Part shown: in pieces, positions 46,698 to 56,084 of the stretch
Position numbering within the stretch: position 1 is the first letter of the stretch
Layout of the letters: every line of letters begins with the position of its first letter
Source of the DNA: Candidatus Thorarchaeota archaeon
GTDB taxonomy: Archaea; Asgardarchaeota; Thorarchaeia; Thorarchaeales; Thorarchaeaceae
Length of the DNA stretch: 64,000 nucleotides
Assembly: GCA_020348985.1 (NCBI GenBank)
Contig: CP070761.1
Location: forward strand, 979,713-1,043,712
Reading direction: 5' to 3'
Made by a program: the position numbers and the translations under genes
Notes under the pieces: generated by a model
The model's input: the letters and a program-made list of their open reading frames with translations, nothing else
What the model was told of the DNA's origin: nothing
Databases searched by the model: none

Positions 46698-48205
46698 TAA
46701 TCAATGAGGTCATACTCATTTTCACGATAATTCGGCTTTCTTTCAAGTGGGAATATCTTGTCAAACTTCTCACGAACATTGTCATAGTGTTTACGATCAG
46801 CATATACCCTAACTGATGGAATTGTAAGCCGCTGCTGTTTTAGAATTTGCATTAGAGGCCTGCCTTCGTCAGTCTGTTCTAGACTTACCAGATCGAGACC
46901 AGTTTCACCACCAACCAAGACCGGAATCTCACTCAGAAACCGTTCTCCAAGCTCTGGGTTGACAATGTCGATGACACAGCTACCGGGGTCATCAACTAGC
47001 TCCAGCTCAGCTTCGAGCAGGTTCTCTATGTTTTCTTCCATATCCATTAGACGTCCCTTTGCATCTGAATCGAATGCGGCGAGGGGTCTGGAAAGAACCA
47101 CCTTGAATAGTCGGCGATAGCGGATTCTAGCCGCATATTCCCGAACAAAGTCTATCTCTGACTTCTCAAGCCATCTGAATAGGTCTCCATCGGTCATTCT
47201 TGTGAATAGCCCAATGCATTCACTCTTCGAGAGTCCTTCTTCTCTCAATCTGAAATACGTGGCCTTTGACACGAGTGCCTCTGCCAACCTGACGGCATGA
47301 TGAAGATAGAGATCAGAGAACATCCAATTCCGGCTAAGGATGAGTGCCTCCAAAGAATGAAGTGCCTTCAGCATGAATGCTCTTACAAATCGTCCTTCCT
47401 CGTTGCGGGCCACTCTGTTTGTCAGGAGGACTCTCTCAGCTGGAAAGACTCCGAGCTGAACTCCGCTGAAGTGGGCGTCCCTGATTAGATAGTCGGTCTT
47501 ATCTATGTCGAGAGGACTATCAAGAAAGTCTGACATTAGAGAAAGAACAGCGTCAGAAGTCCTACGCCGTAGAATATCAACGACTGTCTTACCTTCAATG
47601 CCGTTTCTCTCGAGCGTGTCAGTGAGATCGCTGTGAAGAATCAGAAACTCTCCCAGATCTGAATGATCTAGACCCACCCACATTCTCAGGGAGAACTCGA
47701 TGGTATGGGAAGTGGGCGGGTGACCCACATCATGAAGCAGGGCTGCGGTTCGGAAGATCTTCTGCTGATACTCATCCAACAACTCTGTCAGAGGAACAAA
47801 ACAGGGTTTTGAGAGATCTTCGCAGTAGTTCACTACCTTGATACATTTCTGGGCCAAGTAGTTGGTCCCTAGGCAGTGTTGGAATCGTGTGTGAGTTGCA
47901 CCCGGATAGACTATGTGTGCAGGCCCAAGTTGGCGGACGTACCTGAGTCGAAGCATCTCCCAACCTGAGATAACGTCAAGTTCCCAAGGTTCTAGGAGAA
48001 TGGCACCATGCACTGGATCTTGTACTGCTTTCTGTCGAGTATGCTTCTCGGCCATAGAAATGAAATGCTCGTGAGCTTGAGTGATGCTCTCGACTCTTGT
48101 CCATTGGCCATTCTTCTCTTTCCTGGCCTGAGTCAACTCATGCTCTCTCATTCCGGTCAGACGAATCAGACGGACGATATCCAGGTCAACATCTTCACTT
48201 GACAA
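46694..48205 (-). CDS. HD-domain phosphohydrolase (SAMHD1/dNTP triphosphohydrolase-like)
   Basis: DPVHG.I, RLR..RQLG....VYPGA.HTRF.H.LG, ALLHDVGH.P.SH, D.DK.DYL.RD and LY.HH motifs. Confidence 0.9.
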   Translation of the reverse strand: MSSEDVDLDIVRLIRLTGMREHELTQARKEKNGQWTRVESITQAHEHFISMAEKHTRQKAVQDPVHGAILLEPWELDVISGWEMLRLRYVRQLGPAHIVYPGATHTRFQHCLGTNYLAQKCIKVVNYCEDLSKPCFVPLTELLDEYQQKIFRTAALLHDVGHPPTSHTIEFSLRMWVGLDHSDLGEFLILHSDLTDTLERNGIEGKTVVDILRRRTSDAVLSLMSDFLDSPLDIDKTDYLIRDAHFSGVQLGVFPAERVLLTNRVARNEEGRFVRAFMLKALHSLEALILSRNWMFSDLYLHHAVRLAEALVSKATYFRLREEGLSKSECIGLFTRMTDGDLFRWLEKSEIDFVREYAARIRYRRLFKVVLSRPLAAFDSDAKGRLMDMEENIENLLEAELELVDDPGSCVIDIVNPELGERFLSEIPVLVGGETGLDLVSLEQTDEGRPLMQILKQQRLTIPSVRVYADRKHYDNVREKFDKIFPLERKPNYRENEYDLIDY

Positions 48206-48281
48206 GGCTTGAACCTGATTTCAGGAGGTGAGTCTGTTCCTTAAGAAGGCTAGGCATAGGTGAACGGTGATTCATTCTCCT

Positions 48282-48815
48282 TCATCTTGATTGCTTGACC
48301 TTCTCACGTGCCTTGATGTACTCCAGTGTGTAGTCCTTCTCCATTGCTCTGCAATACTCATCTTCGCTACAGTAGCCCCATCTTCTCATAGCCCGACAAC
48401 CAGGGGCTCTTCGTATCTTGTAGAACGGCGGATGTATCAAATTCGCCTTCACGAGATAGTCAGCGACGTTCTTGATACTCTTCTTCCTGAACGCTGATCT
48501 AATACATGGTGGTGCTCTTCTTACTAGCTTCCACTCAACCACATCAAAGAGGCGGAACCAGAGAAGACATTCTTTGGCGACATAGAGTGAACTACATCTC
48601 GGGCAATGACCATGGTGAATAGACACCTCGCAGAACTCATCACGTGTCTCTATAGTTAAGCCAGATTGACGCAGCAGATGGAATTTGATCTGAACGAAAT
48701 GTTCAGGCGTAAAGGAGCCCATTTCAGAAATGAATAAGCGTAGTTCTTCCGCCAGCTCATTGGCAGTGCAATTCCAGCTCTCCTCACTCAAACTGGGTGG
48801 ATTATCATTGGCCAT
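48282..48815 (-). CDS. Cys-rich protein with a PriL C-terminal Fe-S-like motif set
   Basis: APPCI...APGC..M...GYC....YC......LEY; additional C/H cluster HGHCPRC. Confidence 0.5.
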   Translation of the reverse strand: MANDNPPSLSEESWNCTANELAEELRLFISEMGSFTPEHFVQIKFHLLRQSGLTIETRDEFCEVSIHHGHCPRCSSLYVAKECLLWFRLFDVVEWKLVRRAPPCIRSAFRKKSIKNVADYLVKANLIHPPFYKIRRAPGCRAMRRWGYCSEDEYCRAMEKDYTLEYIKAREKVKQSR

Positions 48816-48971
48816 TTTCGAAAGTACGTGTACTGAAGGAGTCTTAAGTTCATCAGTCGGACACAGGCTCCGTGGATTCAGAAGCTCTAGCGGTGTCGAG
48901 CTGAACAACTCTTAAATTGTGCACAAACCGTCATCGCATCAGAGTCCACTTTTGGCTAGTGAGGTCATTGA

Positions 48972-49988
48972 TTGATGCATGATTTGGAAGTCACCTCGGA
49001 GATCGCACTCAAAGAGGCCATCATGTCAATCGAAATCAGTTCACTCAGTGATGATGACAACGAGAAACTCGTCCTCACTACAATCAACGGAGATGTCAGG
49101 GTCTATGACTATGTGTCAGGTGACAAGAATCCGTTGCAGGAGGTTTGTGTTACTAGCGGCTTTCCTCCAGTGTCAACACTGGCGCTTGGAGATGTGACTG
49201 GAAACGGAGTCACTGACTTCATTCTAGGGTGTATGGACAACACAATGAGGACTGTTGTGTTGTCTGAGGGTGAGCTTGAGGAGATATCTTCAACACCTCT
49301 TGGAGGTCTGCCTACAGCTATATGTGCTCTGAATGTTCTTGATGATGACGCAGCTGAAGTTGTGGTTGCCTCTAATGATGGTGCACTGAGATGCTATCAG
49401 TGGTTTGATGTGGTTCTTGATAAACTGGCACACAAGGTGTTAGAACATCCGGTTTTCTCGATCCGACCATTGTCAACGAGAGGAGTCTCATACAGTAGGT
49501 TTGTCTTCGGAGACGAATCTGGTAATCTCTACGTCTATCAATATGCAGACGACCGACTTCATGAGCGTACCAGGGTGAAACTACAAGGAGACGTAAACCT
49601 TGTCGCAACCGGCAATATTCTAGACGATCGCAACGATGAGATTCTCACTGTGTCAGACGGAAGGCGGCTAACTCTCCTGACGCTTGATCAGGGTGGAATC
49701 TCCGTTCTGGACAGAATCAGGGCACCAAGCCCAATCACATCAGTTCGTCTTGGAGTTCTTCAATCTGACGAATCATCAGAAGGTCTGATCATATCATGTC
49801 AAGGCAACTCCAAGGTGACTATCTTCTCCTTTGAGGAAAACCAAATGAAAGAGCAGGCTTCGATTAAGACGGCCAAGAAGTCTGTTGAGGCCCAGATAGC
49901 TATGGGCGACTTGAGTGGTGATGGATCGGCAGAGATTGTACAGGCTGTACGGAACTCGATTTACGTAATGTCGCTGGTTGAAGAGTAG
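48972..49988 (+). CDS. FG-GAP-like beta-propeller protein, no signal peptide
   Basis: Repeated GDVTGNG..DFILG, NVLDDD..EVVV, GNILDD..DEIL and GDLSGDG..EIV blades. Confidence 0.7.
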   Translation: MMHDLEVTSEIALKEAIMSIEISSLSDDDNEKLVLTTINGDVRVYDYVSGDKNPLQEVCVTSGFPPVSTLALGDVTGNGVTDFILGCMDNTMRTVVLSEGELEEISSTPLGGLPTAICALNVLDDDAAEVVVASNDGALRCYQWFDVVLDKLAHKVLEHPVFSIRPLSTRGVSYSRFVFGDESGNLYVYQYADDRLHERTRVKLQGDVNLVATGNILDDRNDEILTVSDGRRLTLLTLDQGGISVLDRIRAPSPITSVRLGVLQSDESSEGLIISCQGNSKVTIFSFEENQMKEQASIKTAKKSVEAQIAMGDLSGDGSAEIVQAVRNSIYVMSLVEE

Positions 49989-49994
49989 CTTCTG

Positions 49995-50417
49995 TTAACA
50001 TAGATCGGGCATGTAGAGCTCATTAGGTTCAGCAACCCTAATAGTCTTGACCGGAATCTTCGAAGTGATCTCCGGGATTACCTTACCCTCAATCCATTCT
50101 CTGACATTCTTGCGAGCCTCATCGATTGTTTCCCCCTCAGCATTCATATCGAATCTGACAAATAGCTGGTACGGTTCGCGGTCTGTTGTATCTCTCTTGA
50201 TCATCGCCCAGAAAGCTTTGGACCCCGCAGGTACATCAATCCGACCAAGGATCTCCAACCATGATTTGTCCTCAAGTTTCTTGGTCACCATGGCCAAGTC
50301 CTTGAGCTCAGTTAGCATCTTTAAAGCATCCAAGACCTTCGGACCATCAGATCGAAGGTCGAGTTGCTCGAACTCAGCAACTAGATAGTGATCAGCTCGA
50401 AAGATTGCCATGGGCAT
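49995..50417 (-). CDS. Hypothetical protein
   Basis: Clean ORF; likely ATG at 50417 after a TATA-like CTTAAG. Confidence 0.6.
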   Translation of the reverse strand: MPMAIFRADHYLVAEFEQLDLRSDGPKVLDALKMLTELKDLAMVTKKLEDKSWLEILGRIDVPAGSKAFWAMIKRDTTDREPYQLFVRFDMNAEGETIDEARKNVREWIEGKVIPEITSKIPVKTIRVAEPNELYMPDLC

Positions 50418-50534
50418 CAGACTCCATTCGATGATATTTGCGCCCCTTTGACTTGGACTCTTAAGGTTAGTGGTCATCAGACTGCCGAAGAATGAGCTGT
50501 CTGACGAAGCTCCAGAGCCATGTCACGATGAGGA

Positions 50535-51131
50535 TTAGTATATTTGTCGGCTATAGTGAACGAAACGATAGGCAGCCGTGAGCACACCTACGAATGTCAC
50601 TATCACGAGGCCCAGCAGCAACATACTTGCAAGTGACATTATCACGAGAATCAGAAGTCTCTCAGAACGACCGCCCAGACCGATGTCCAAATCATTTGCA
50701 CCAAGAGTCTCCGCGCGTGATCGGGAATAGCTAGTCATTATCCAGCCAAACATGCAAACAATAACCCAGAGATTCACAGAGAGACTGAAGACTGAAGCAG
50801 CAGGATACGCGATGATGATTGCCATCAGGATGACAAACTCGGATACTTTGTCAGTAATCGAATCGGCAAAAGCTCCTTGTTGAGAGCTCATCTCCCGAAT
50901 CCTAGCGACTGCTCCATCGACTCCATCGAAGAATCCAACCAGAAACACGAGAATTCCGTACAGCGGCTCAGAGTGTGTCACGACAAGAGCTAGAAATGCT
51001 GAAAGTGAAAGGAGGATTGAGAAGTAGGTGATTGTTATGGGTCGAACTCCAGCCGACGAAAGAGCTCGTGCCACTACAAGTATAGGCCCCTTGAACACTC
51101 TTCTAGCTCGAAGTTTACTTGGCAGTTTCAT
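50535..51131 (-). CDS. CDP-alcohol phosphatidyltransferase
   Basis: D..DG.VAR......GAF.D...D and SY.R.RAE motifs. Confidence 0.92.
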   Translation of the reverse strand: MKLPSKLRARRVFKGPILVVARALSSAGVRPITITYFSILLSLSAFLALVVTHSEPLYGILVFLVGFFDGVDGAVARIREMSSQQGAFADSITDKVSEFVILMAIIIAYPAASVFSLSVNLWVIVCMFGWIMTSYSRSRAETLGANDLDIGLGGRSERLLILVIMSLASMLLLGLVIVTFVGVLTAAYRFVHYSRQIY

Positions 51132-52158
51132 TGGCCCCCTTTTCCAGTATTGCTTCTCCACATACTATTGCCTCAAGGAGGATATTACCTTCTGGTAGTT
51201 GCGCCCCTCCAAAGAGCATGCAGTCTCTTATATCGCAGTGGTCTCCTAAGACTGTGTCCGTTCCTATACTCGCACTCGGACCAATGTGGCACTCTCTGCC
51301 AATCCTCACATTTCTTGCAATAAAAACAGGACCAACAATCTGAGTGCCGGCGCCGATTGTGGGACCAGATTCTGACTCCAACAGGTTTCCAATCTCAAGA
51401 GTATCTCGGGGGTGGAGATAGAGCCCACCTGAAACATCCCCCGGCATTGCTTCCAGCAGCTCTCGGTTCGCCTCAATGTAAGCATCCAAGTCATCAAGGT
51501 CTCGCCAGCTTCCTTTTTCCACTTGAATCATGCCTGCCGTTGCGCCAGATTCAAGGGCAAGATTCACGGCATCTGTCACTTTTGCTGCGTTCACTTCTAG
51601 TGCTTTGGTGCAATACTGCCGGAATGTCCAGTCAACAGCCATCATCATAGCTGAACGAACCACATTCGTCGCTACCTCGGAAGGGGCTCCAATTCGGATC
51701 AATCGTCCTTCATCTGTTACCTGAACACGGGTTCCCTTGTCCACAATCGAGTCAACCGACAATGTGAGCAAGTGAGCCCCCTCTGCGGAAAGATGAGCAT
51801 CAATTAGTCGTCCAACATTCTCTGGACTCACAATCATGTCGGCGGGACATACAATGAACGGGTTTTTGTCCAGTGAGCTCGATGATGAAACCAGTGTTTG
51901 TAGGGGCCCACGTTTCCATTCAGGTACTTCGATCACCTGTACTTGACCGCTTCCAATTGCGGTTTTCAGATGATTTTCAATCACATTACCCAGCCACCCG
52001 ATTCCCACAGTAATGCTCTGGACTCCTCCTTCATTAAGAGACTGAATCAGTCTTTCAAGAGTCGACATTCCAGCGCAAGAAATGAGGGACTTTGGAACCA
52101 GACGAGTGATTGGGTCCACACGCATACCCCTTCCAGCGGCGAGGATGACTGCGTGTAT
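51115..52158 (-). CDS. NDP-sugar synthase/nucleotidyltransferase with C-terminal hexapeptide repeats; probable ATA start
   Basis: AVILAAGRG.R..P.T...PK.L lies partly upstream of the first ATG; W.DLD and GPV.I LbH repeats. Confidence 0.85.
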   Translation of the reverse strand: MHAVILAAGRGMRVDPITRLVPKSLISCAGMSTLERLIQSLNEGGVQSITVGIGWLGNVIENHLKTAIGSGQVQVIEVPEWKRGPLQTLVSSSSSLDKNPFIVCPADMIVSPENVGRLIDAHLSAEGAHLLTLSVDSIVDKGTRVQVTDEGRLIRIGAPSEVATNVVRSAMMMAVDWTFRQYCTKALEVNAAKVTDAVNLALESGATAGMIQVEKGSWRDLDDLDAYIEANRELLEAMPGDVSGGLYLHPRDTLEIGNLLESESGPTIGAGTQIVGPVFIARNVRIGRECHIGPSASIGTDTVLGDHCDIRDCMLFGGAQLPEGNILLEAIVCGEAILEKGANETAK

Positions 52159-52243
52159 AGTTATTCCTCCTTCCTGTTAGGTTACTGTAAACATCATAAC
52201 CTCAATATGTGGGTTTTGCAGTATACTTGTTTGTGAAAAACGG

Positions 52244-52939
52244 TTGAATGTCAGGACATTGAAGGTGGAGGAAGATCGTTTTAGCGACATTGTCAAAGAT
52301 GCAACCCGTGTGTTGCAGGAGGGAGGCCTCGTAGTCTATCCAACTGATACAAGCTACGGACTTGCATGTGATCCTCGATTGCCAGATGCTTTGGAACGCC
52401 TGATTCAAGCAAAGAAAAGGGACAAGAAACATGGAGTGCCTCTTCTCTTCGCAGATTTTGACCAATGCAAGACATTCCATGACTTTCTTGGTCTTGAAAG
52501 CGTACTGGCCCGACTATTCTGGCCTGGTGGCATGACATTGCTAGTCACGGCCAAAAGAGACGTGCCTGATGAGATTACGGGAGGCAGAGACTCGGTAGCA
52601 ATAAGGGTACCTGATCATGAGATTCCAAGAAGTATTGCACGCGAGTTGGGGGCCCCGATCGTTGGTACCAGCGCCAATGTTCACCATGCCCCTACTCCCT
52701 TTGACATCGATACAGCCAAACAGCAGCTCGGCGACAGCGTAGAGCTCTACATCGATGGCGGCCCTTCATCGGCCACAAAAAGCTCGACCATTATTAGCGT
52801 GATCATGGAACAAGACCGAGGACACATCAAGGTCTATCGAGAAGGTCAGCTGAGTCTTGAAGAGTTGGAGTCGAGTTTGAAAGTTGATTCGGACGCTATC
52901 CGACTTTGGACTACAACGTTTCTACAGGCCGACATGTGA
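52244..52939 (+). CDS. tsaC: L-threonylcarbamoyladenylate synthase (short TsaC/YrdC form)
   Basis: YPTDT.YGL, K.R, FWPG..T, AIRVP, TSAN and STI motifs. Confidence 0.93.
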   Translation: MNVRTLKVEEDRFSDIVKDATRVLQEGGLVVYPTDTSYGLACDPRLPDALERLIQAKKRDKKHGVPLLFADFDQCKTFHDFLGLESVLARLFWPGGMTLLVTAKRDVPDEITGGRDSVAIRVPDHEIPRSIARELGAPIVGTSANVHHAPTPFDIDTAKQQLGDSVELYIDGGPSSATKSSTIISVIMEQDRGHIKVYREGQLSLEELESSLKVDSDAIRLWTTTFLQADM

Positions 52940-53481
52940 GGCGAAGTCAGCTGCAGGAATTCAATCTCCTCGTCGGTTGTCCCAGAGACCGTGAACAGGC
53001 AGCACGTTCGGAGGTTCAGTACTTCATCGGTGATCTCCTAGAGGATGATGGCCTCAAAGTCTACAGTACAAGGATTTCTGGACTAATTACGTGCATGACA
53101 ACTCTGGATCCATTCGATGTCGTGAAACGCCTGAGGGAGTATGCTGATGAGAACCCCTATCAGTTTAGATTCGCCATACGATTCACTCCTCTGGAACTTT
53201 GCGTTGAATCAAGTCTGGAACAGATAACTCAGGCTGCAGCCAGATTGTTGCCAAAGATAGACAAAGACAGCACATTTCGAGTAACTGTGAGACGAAGACA
53301 CACAACGCTCGAAAACATGGAGATCGTTGAGGCCGTAGCTGAGAAGATCCCTCGTAAGGTCAATCTTGAAAATCCTGACAAGACCGTGTGGATCGAGGTT
53401 GTGGGCGAACTCACTGGTATTTCGGTGCTCGTGGAAGACGATATCCTATCAGTGATGACGTTGCGTGATGACATGTACTAG
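52936..53481 (+). CDS. THUMP domain RNA-binding protein
   Basis: FNLLV.C.R..E, R..P.E, TF.VTV.RR and V.L.NPD....IEV.G motifs; GTGA overlap. Confidence 0.85.
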   Translation: MRRSQLQEFNLLVGCPRDREQAARSEVQYFIGDLLEDDGLKVYSTRISGLITCMTTLDPFDVVKRLREYADENPYQFRFAIRFTPLELCVESSLEQITQAAARLLPKIDKDSTFRVTVRRRHTTLENMEIVEAVAEKIPRKVNLENPDKTVWIEVVGELTGISVLVEDDILSVMTLRDDMY

Positions 53482-53489
53482 TCAGTGTT

Positions 53490-54089
53490 CTACGATTCGA
53501 ACGCAACAAGTGAGACTCTACTTGCTACGCATCTGGTTAGTGCAGACATCTTCTCTTCAAGTTTGGCGGAGCTGGTCAAAGCCTCGATCTCATTAATCTT
53601 AATATCAAAGTGGGTCATGACCTTTTGAAGGCGTTCGGCGCTTGCTTCGAACATTGGATCGGCTTCAGTTCCAATAGCTTCTATCAGATTCTTTAGACAG
53701 CTCTCGATGTCTGACTGGTCTTTGCCTATCACAGCAATTGCAACGGACTCCATACCATCACGTACTCCCATCTCTTCTAATGCCCGTCCAATCTGTCTCT
53801 GTGCGGAGGAATAGACCAAGAACTCCATGCTTAGGCTCCTTGTCTTGCCATATCCTCCCTGCCATGCATTTACAGCGTTCTGGGCAGCTGAGAGAACGTG
53901 CCCCGCGCCAGAAGTAACATCGGCTCTGAAGAACTGAAGGGCCAGAAAGTCATCCACGGAGTCACTTGCCAAAGAAAGAAGCTGATCTTTGGTTAGTCCT
54001 TTGGAGTTTACAGCCTCTGTGAGACCTAGTGTGATTTCGTCATCTCCAATCGAGAGCTTCTCAACTAGCATCTCAGCACCCTCGCCCAT
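53490..54089 (-). CDS. cgi121: KEOPS complex subunit Cgi121
   Basis: H...A..NA..A.......RSL..EFL.Y.S..RQI..AL...G motif. Confidence 0.85.
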   Translation of the reverse strand: MGEGAEMLVEKLSIGDDEITLGLTEAVNSKGLTKDQLLSLASDSVDDFLALQFFRADVTSGAGHVLSAAQNAVNAWQGGYGKTRSLSMEFLVYSSAQRQIGRALEEMGVRDGMESVAIAVIGKDQSDIESCLKNLIEAIGTEADPMFEASAERLQKVMTHFDIKINEIEALTSSAKLEEKMSALTRCVASRVSLVAFES

Positions 54090-54098
54090 TCTGGTCTC

Positions 54099-54680
54099 CT
54101 ATAGTCGCTTGATGAAGTAGTCTGCGACGGGAGGCTCAAATCCAACCTCGAAGACAAGCTTGTTACGAATCTTCTTCATTTCAAGCGTATCGTCCTCTTC
54201 TTTGAAATGTTTCACAAGTGAGATGATCGATTCTCGGTGCTCCCATGGATATACCATCCACTTGTCAACAATCTGCATATAGTAGTCCGGCTCAATCTTC
54301 GAAGTGGGTTTGAGATGAAGCACAGCAGTTCGGACCTCTTCTGCACCCAGGTCTTCAACATACCCCTTGGCGTGCGTAAGGCTATCGCCAGTGTCAGCGA
54401 CTTCGTCAACCAGCAGTATCCGTCTTTGCCCAATTGGAACTGACAATGGTTGTGTGACCTTGGGTTCAGGGCCCCTCCGTCCAATGTCGCTATAGTATTC
54501 AATTCGAATGTTGAACATCGCATCTGTATAGAGCACATCAGACAATATCCTTGCAGGGATCCACCCACCACGGGCTATTCCAACTATTATGTGTGGTCTA
54601 TAGCCACTGCCCACAATCCTTTCTGATAGCTGAAGCGTAAGGTTGTAGACATCATCCCAGGAGAGTATTTCGTATTCCAT
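54099..54680 (-). CDS. Purine phosphoribosyltransferase
   Basis: LSWD, IVGIARGG..PA, LLVDEVADTG.SL, PDY and W.VYPWE motifs. Confidence 0.9.
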   Translation of the reverse strand: MEYEILSWDDVYNLTLQLSERIVGSGYRPHIIVGIARGGWIPARILSDVLYTDAMFNIRIEYYSDIGRRGPEPKVTQPLSVPIGQRRILLVDEVADTGDSLTHAKGYVEDLGAEEVRTAVLHLKPTSKIEPDYYMQIVDKWMVYPWEHRESIISLVKHFKEEDDTLEMKKIRNKLVFEVGFEPPVADYFIKRL

Positions 54681-54809
54681 CTTCAATCTACCACTCAGGT
54701 AGTACCCTAAGTCATTCGATAGGTCCAACCTAATTAAGGCAATTGGCAGTGAATAAAGCCACAACGTAAATGAGGGGCCTCTTTCCATCGTCCGGTCTGT
54801 GTGAGTCCC

Positions 54810-56069
54810 ATGAAGCCCGACCTCCTGATTTCCAGCATTGGCCAGCTGGCTACACTTGCTGGCCACAGCAAGCGTCCTAAGTCTGGCGCCGAGATGATGG
54901 AACTATCGATTATTGAAGATGGCGCCATTGCTATAAAAGATGGGAGAATATCTGCGGTTGGGAAGACATCTGATATTATGTCGGTGGTTGATGATGAGGC
55001 TACTCCCACAATGCAATTCCCTGATCAGCTTGTACTACCGGGGTTTGTAGATAGCCACACACATCTTGTCTTTGGGGGATCACGCGAACAGGACTTTCCT
55101 ATGAAGCTAGCTGGGAAGAGCTATATGGAAATCCTCCAAGCAGGAGGGGGAATTCTCAGCACGCTTCGTCACACCAGAGAAGCAACACAATCTGAACTGA
55201 CAGCGTCTGCATTAGTATATGCCACACGAATGATGCACAGCTCAGCGACTACAATCGAGGCCAAAAGTGGTTATGGACTTGACCTTGAGAACGAGGTCAA
55301 GATGATGGATGCTCTCAATGACCTACGACATAAGGTCGACATTGATCTGGTTAGCACATTCATGGGAGCTCATGCGGTACCTCCAGAGTATGAAGGGAAG
55401 ACTCAGGATTATGTGGACCTTGTTGTTGGCGAAATGATTCCTGTTGTCGCGGAGAGAGAACTAGCCGAGTTCTGTGATGTTTTCTGTGAAGAGGGAGTCT
55501 TTGATGTAGAACAATCCAGAGAAATCCTGATGGCCGCCAAGAAGGTGGGCTTGTTTCCGAAGGTCCATGCAGATGAGATTGTTCAGCTTGGAGGGGCTGA
55601 GCTTGCCGCAGAGACTGGCGCAGTCTCTGCTGACCATCTCCTCAAGTCATCGGAAGACGGACTTGAGCAGATGATGAAAGCTGGAACAGTAGCTACTCTA
55701 CTTCCTGCAACTGCTTTTAGTCTAGGCACAGATTATGCGGATGCTCGCCGCATGATAGATATGGGACTACCTGTGGCATTGGCGACGGACTTCAATCCCA
55801 ACTGTGCCAACGAGTCATTGTTCTTCACAATCGCTCTTGCGTGCTACAGAATGAAAATGAACCCCAGAGAAGCCATCTCCGCGATTACGATAAACGGGGC
55901 ACATGCCCTAGGCAGAGGGCAGGAAACTGGCAGCATCGAGGTTGGTAAGAGGGCCGATGTTGTTATTCTTGATTGTCCGAACCCAGACTTTCTGGCTTGG
56001 AGATTCGGTGCGAATCTGACAAATACTGTTGTTGTAAATGGAAAGGTAATCTACACGAAACTGGACTGA
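54810..56069 (+). CDS. hutI: Imidazolonepropionase
   Basis: PGFVDSHTHLVF.G.R..F, SY.EI...GGGI..T, EAKSGYGL, DVFCE.G.F, HADE, SADHL and ATDFNP motifs. Confidence 0.95.
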   Translation: MKPDLLISSIGQLATLAGHSKRPKSGAEMMELSIIEDGAIAIKDGRISAVGKTSDIMSVVDDEATPTMQFPDQLVLPGFVDSHTHLVFGGSREQDFPMKLAGKSYMEILQAGGGILSTLRHTREATQSELTASALVYATRMMHSSATTIEAKSGYGLDLENEVKMMDALNDLRHKVDIDLVSTFMGAHAVPPEYEGKTQDYVDLVVGEMIPVVAERELAEFCDVFCEEGVFDVEQSREILMAAKKVGLFPKVHADEIVQLGGAELAAETGAVSADHLLKSSEDGLEQMMKAGTVATLLPATAFSLGTDYADARRMIDMGLPVALATDFNPNCANESLFFTIALACYRMKMNPREAISAITINGAHALGRGQETGSIEVGKRADVVILDCPNPDFLAWRFGANLTNTVVVNGKVIYTKLD

Positions 56070-56084
56070 GAGGTTCGCCTGACA

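Noticed and set aside
50490-50525. CTGACGA hammerhead-like core
   Set aside because: No GAAA after a stem II and no three-way junction
54681-54866. N-terminal extension of the phosphoribosyltransferase
   Set aside because: Overlaps the divergent hutI start and promoter region; homology begins at ATG 54680
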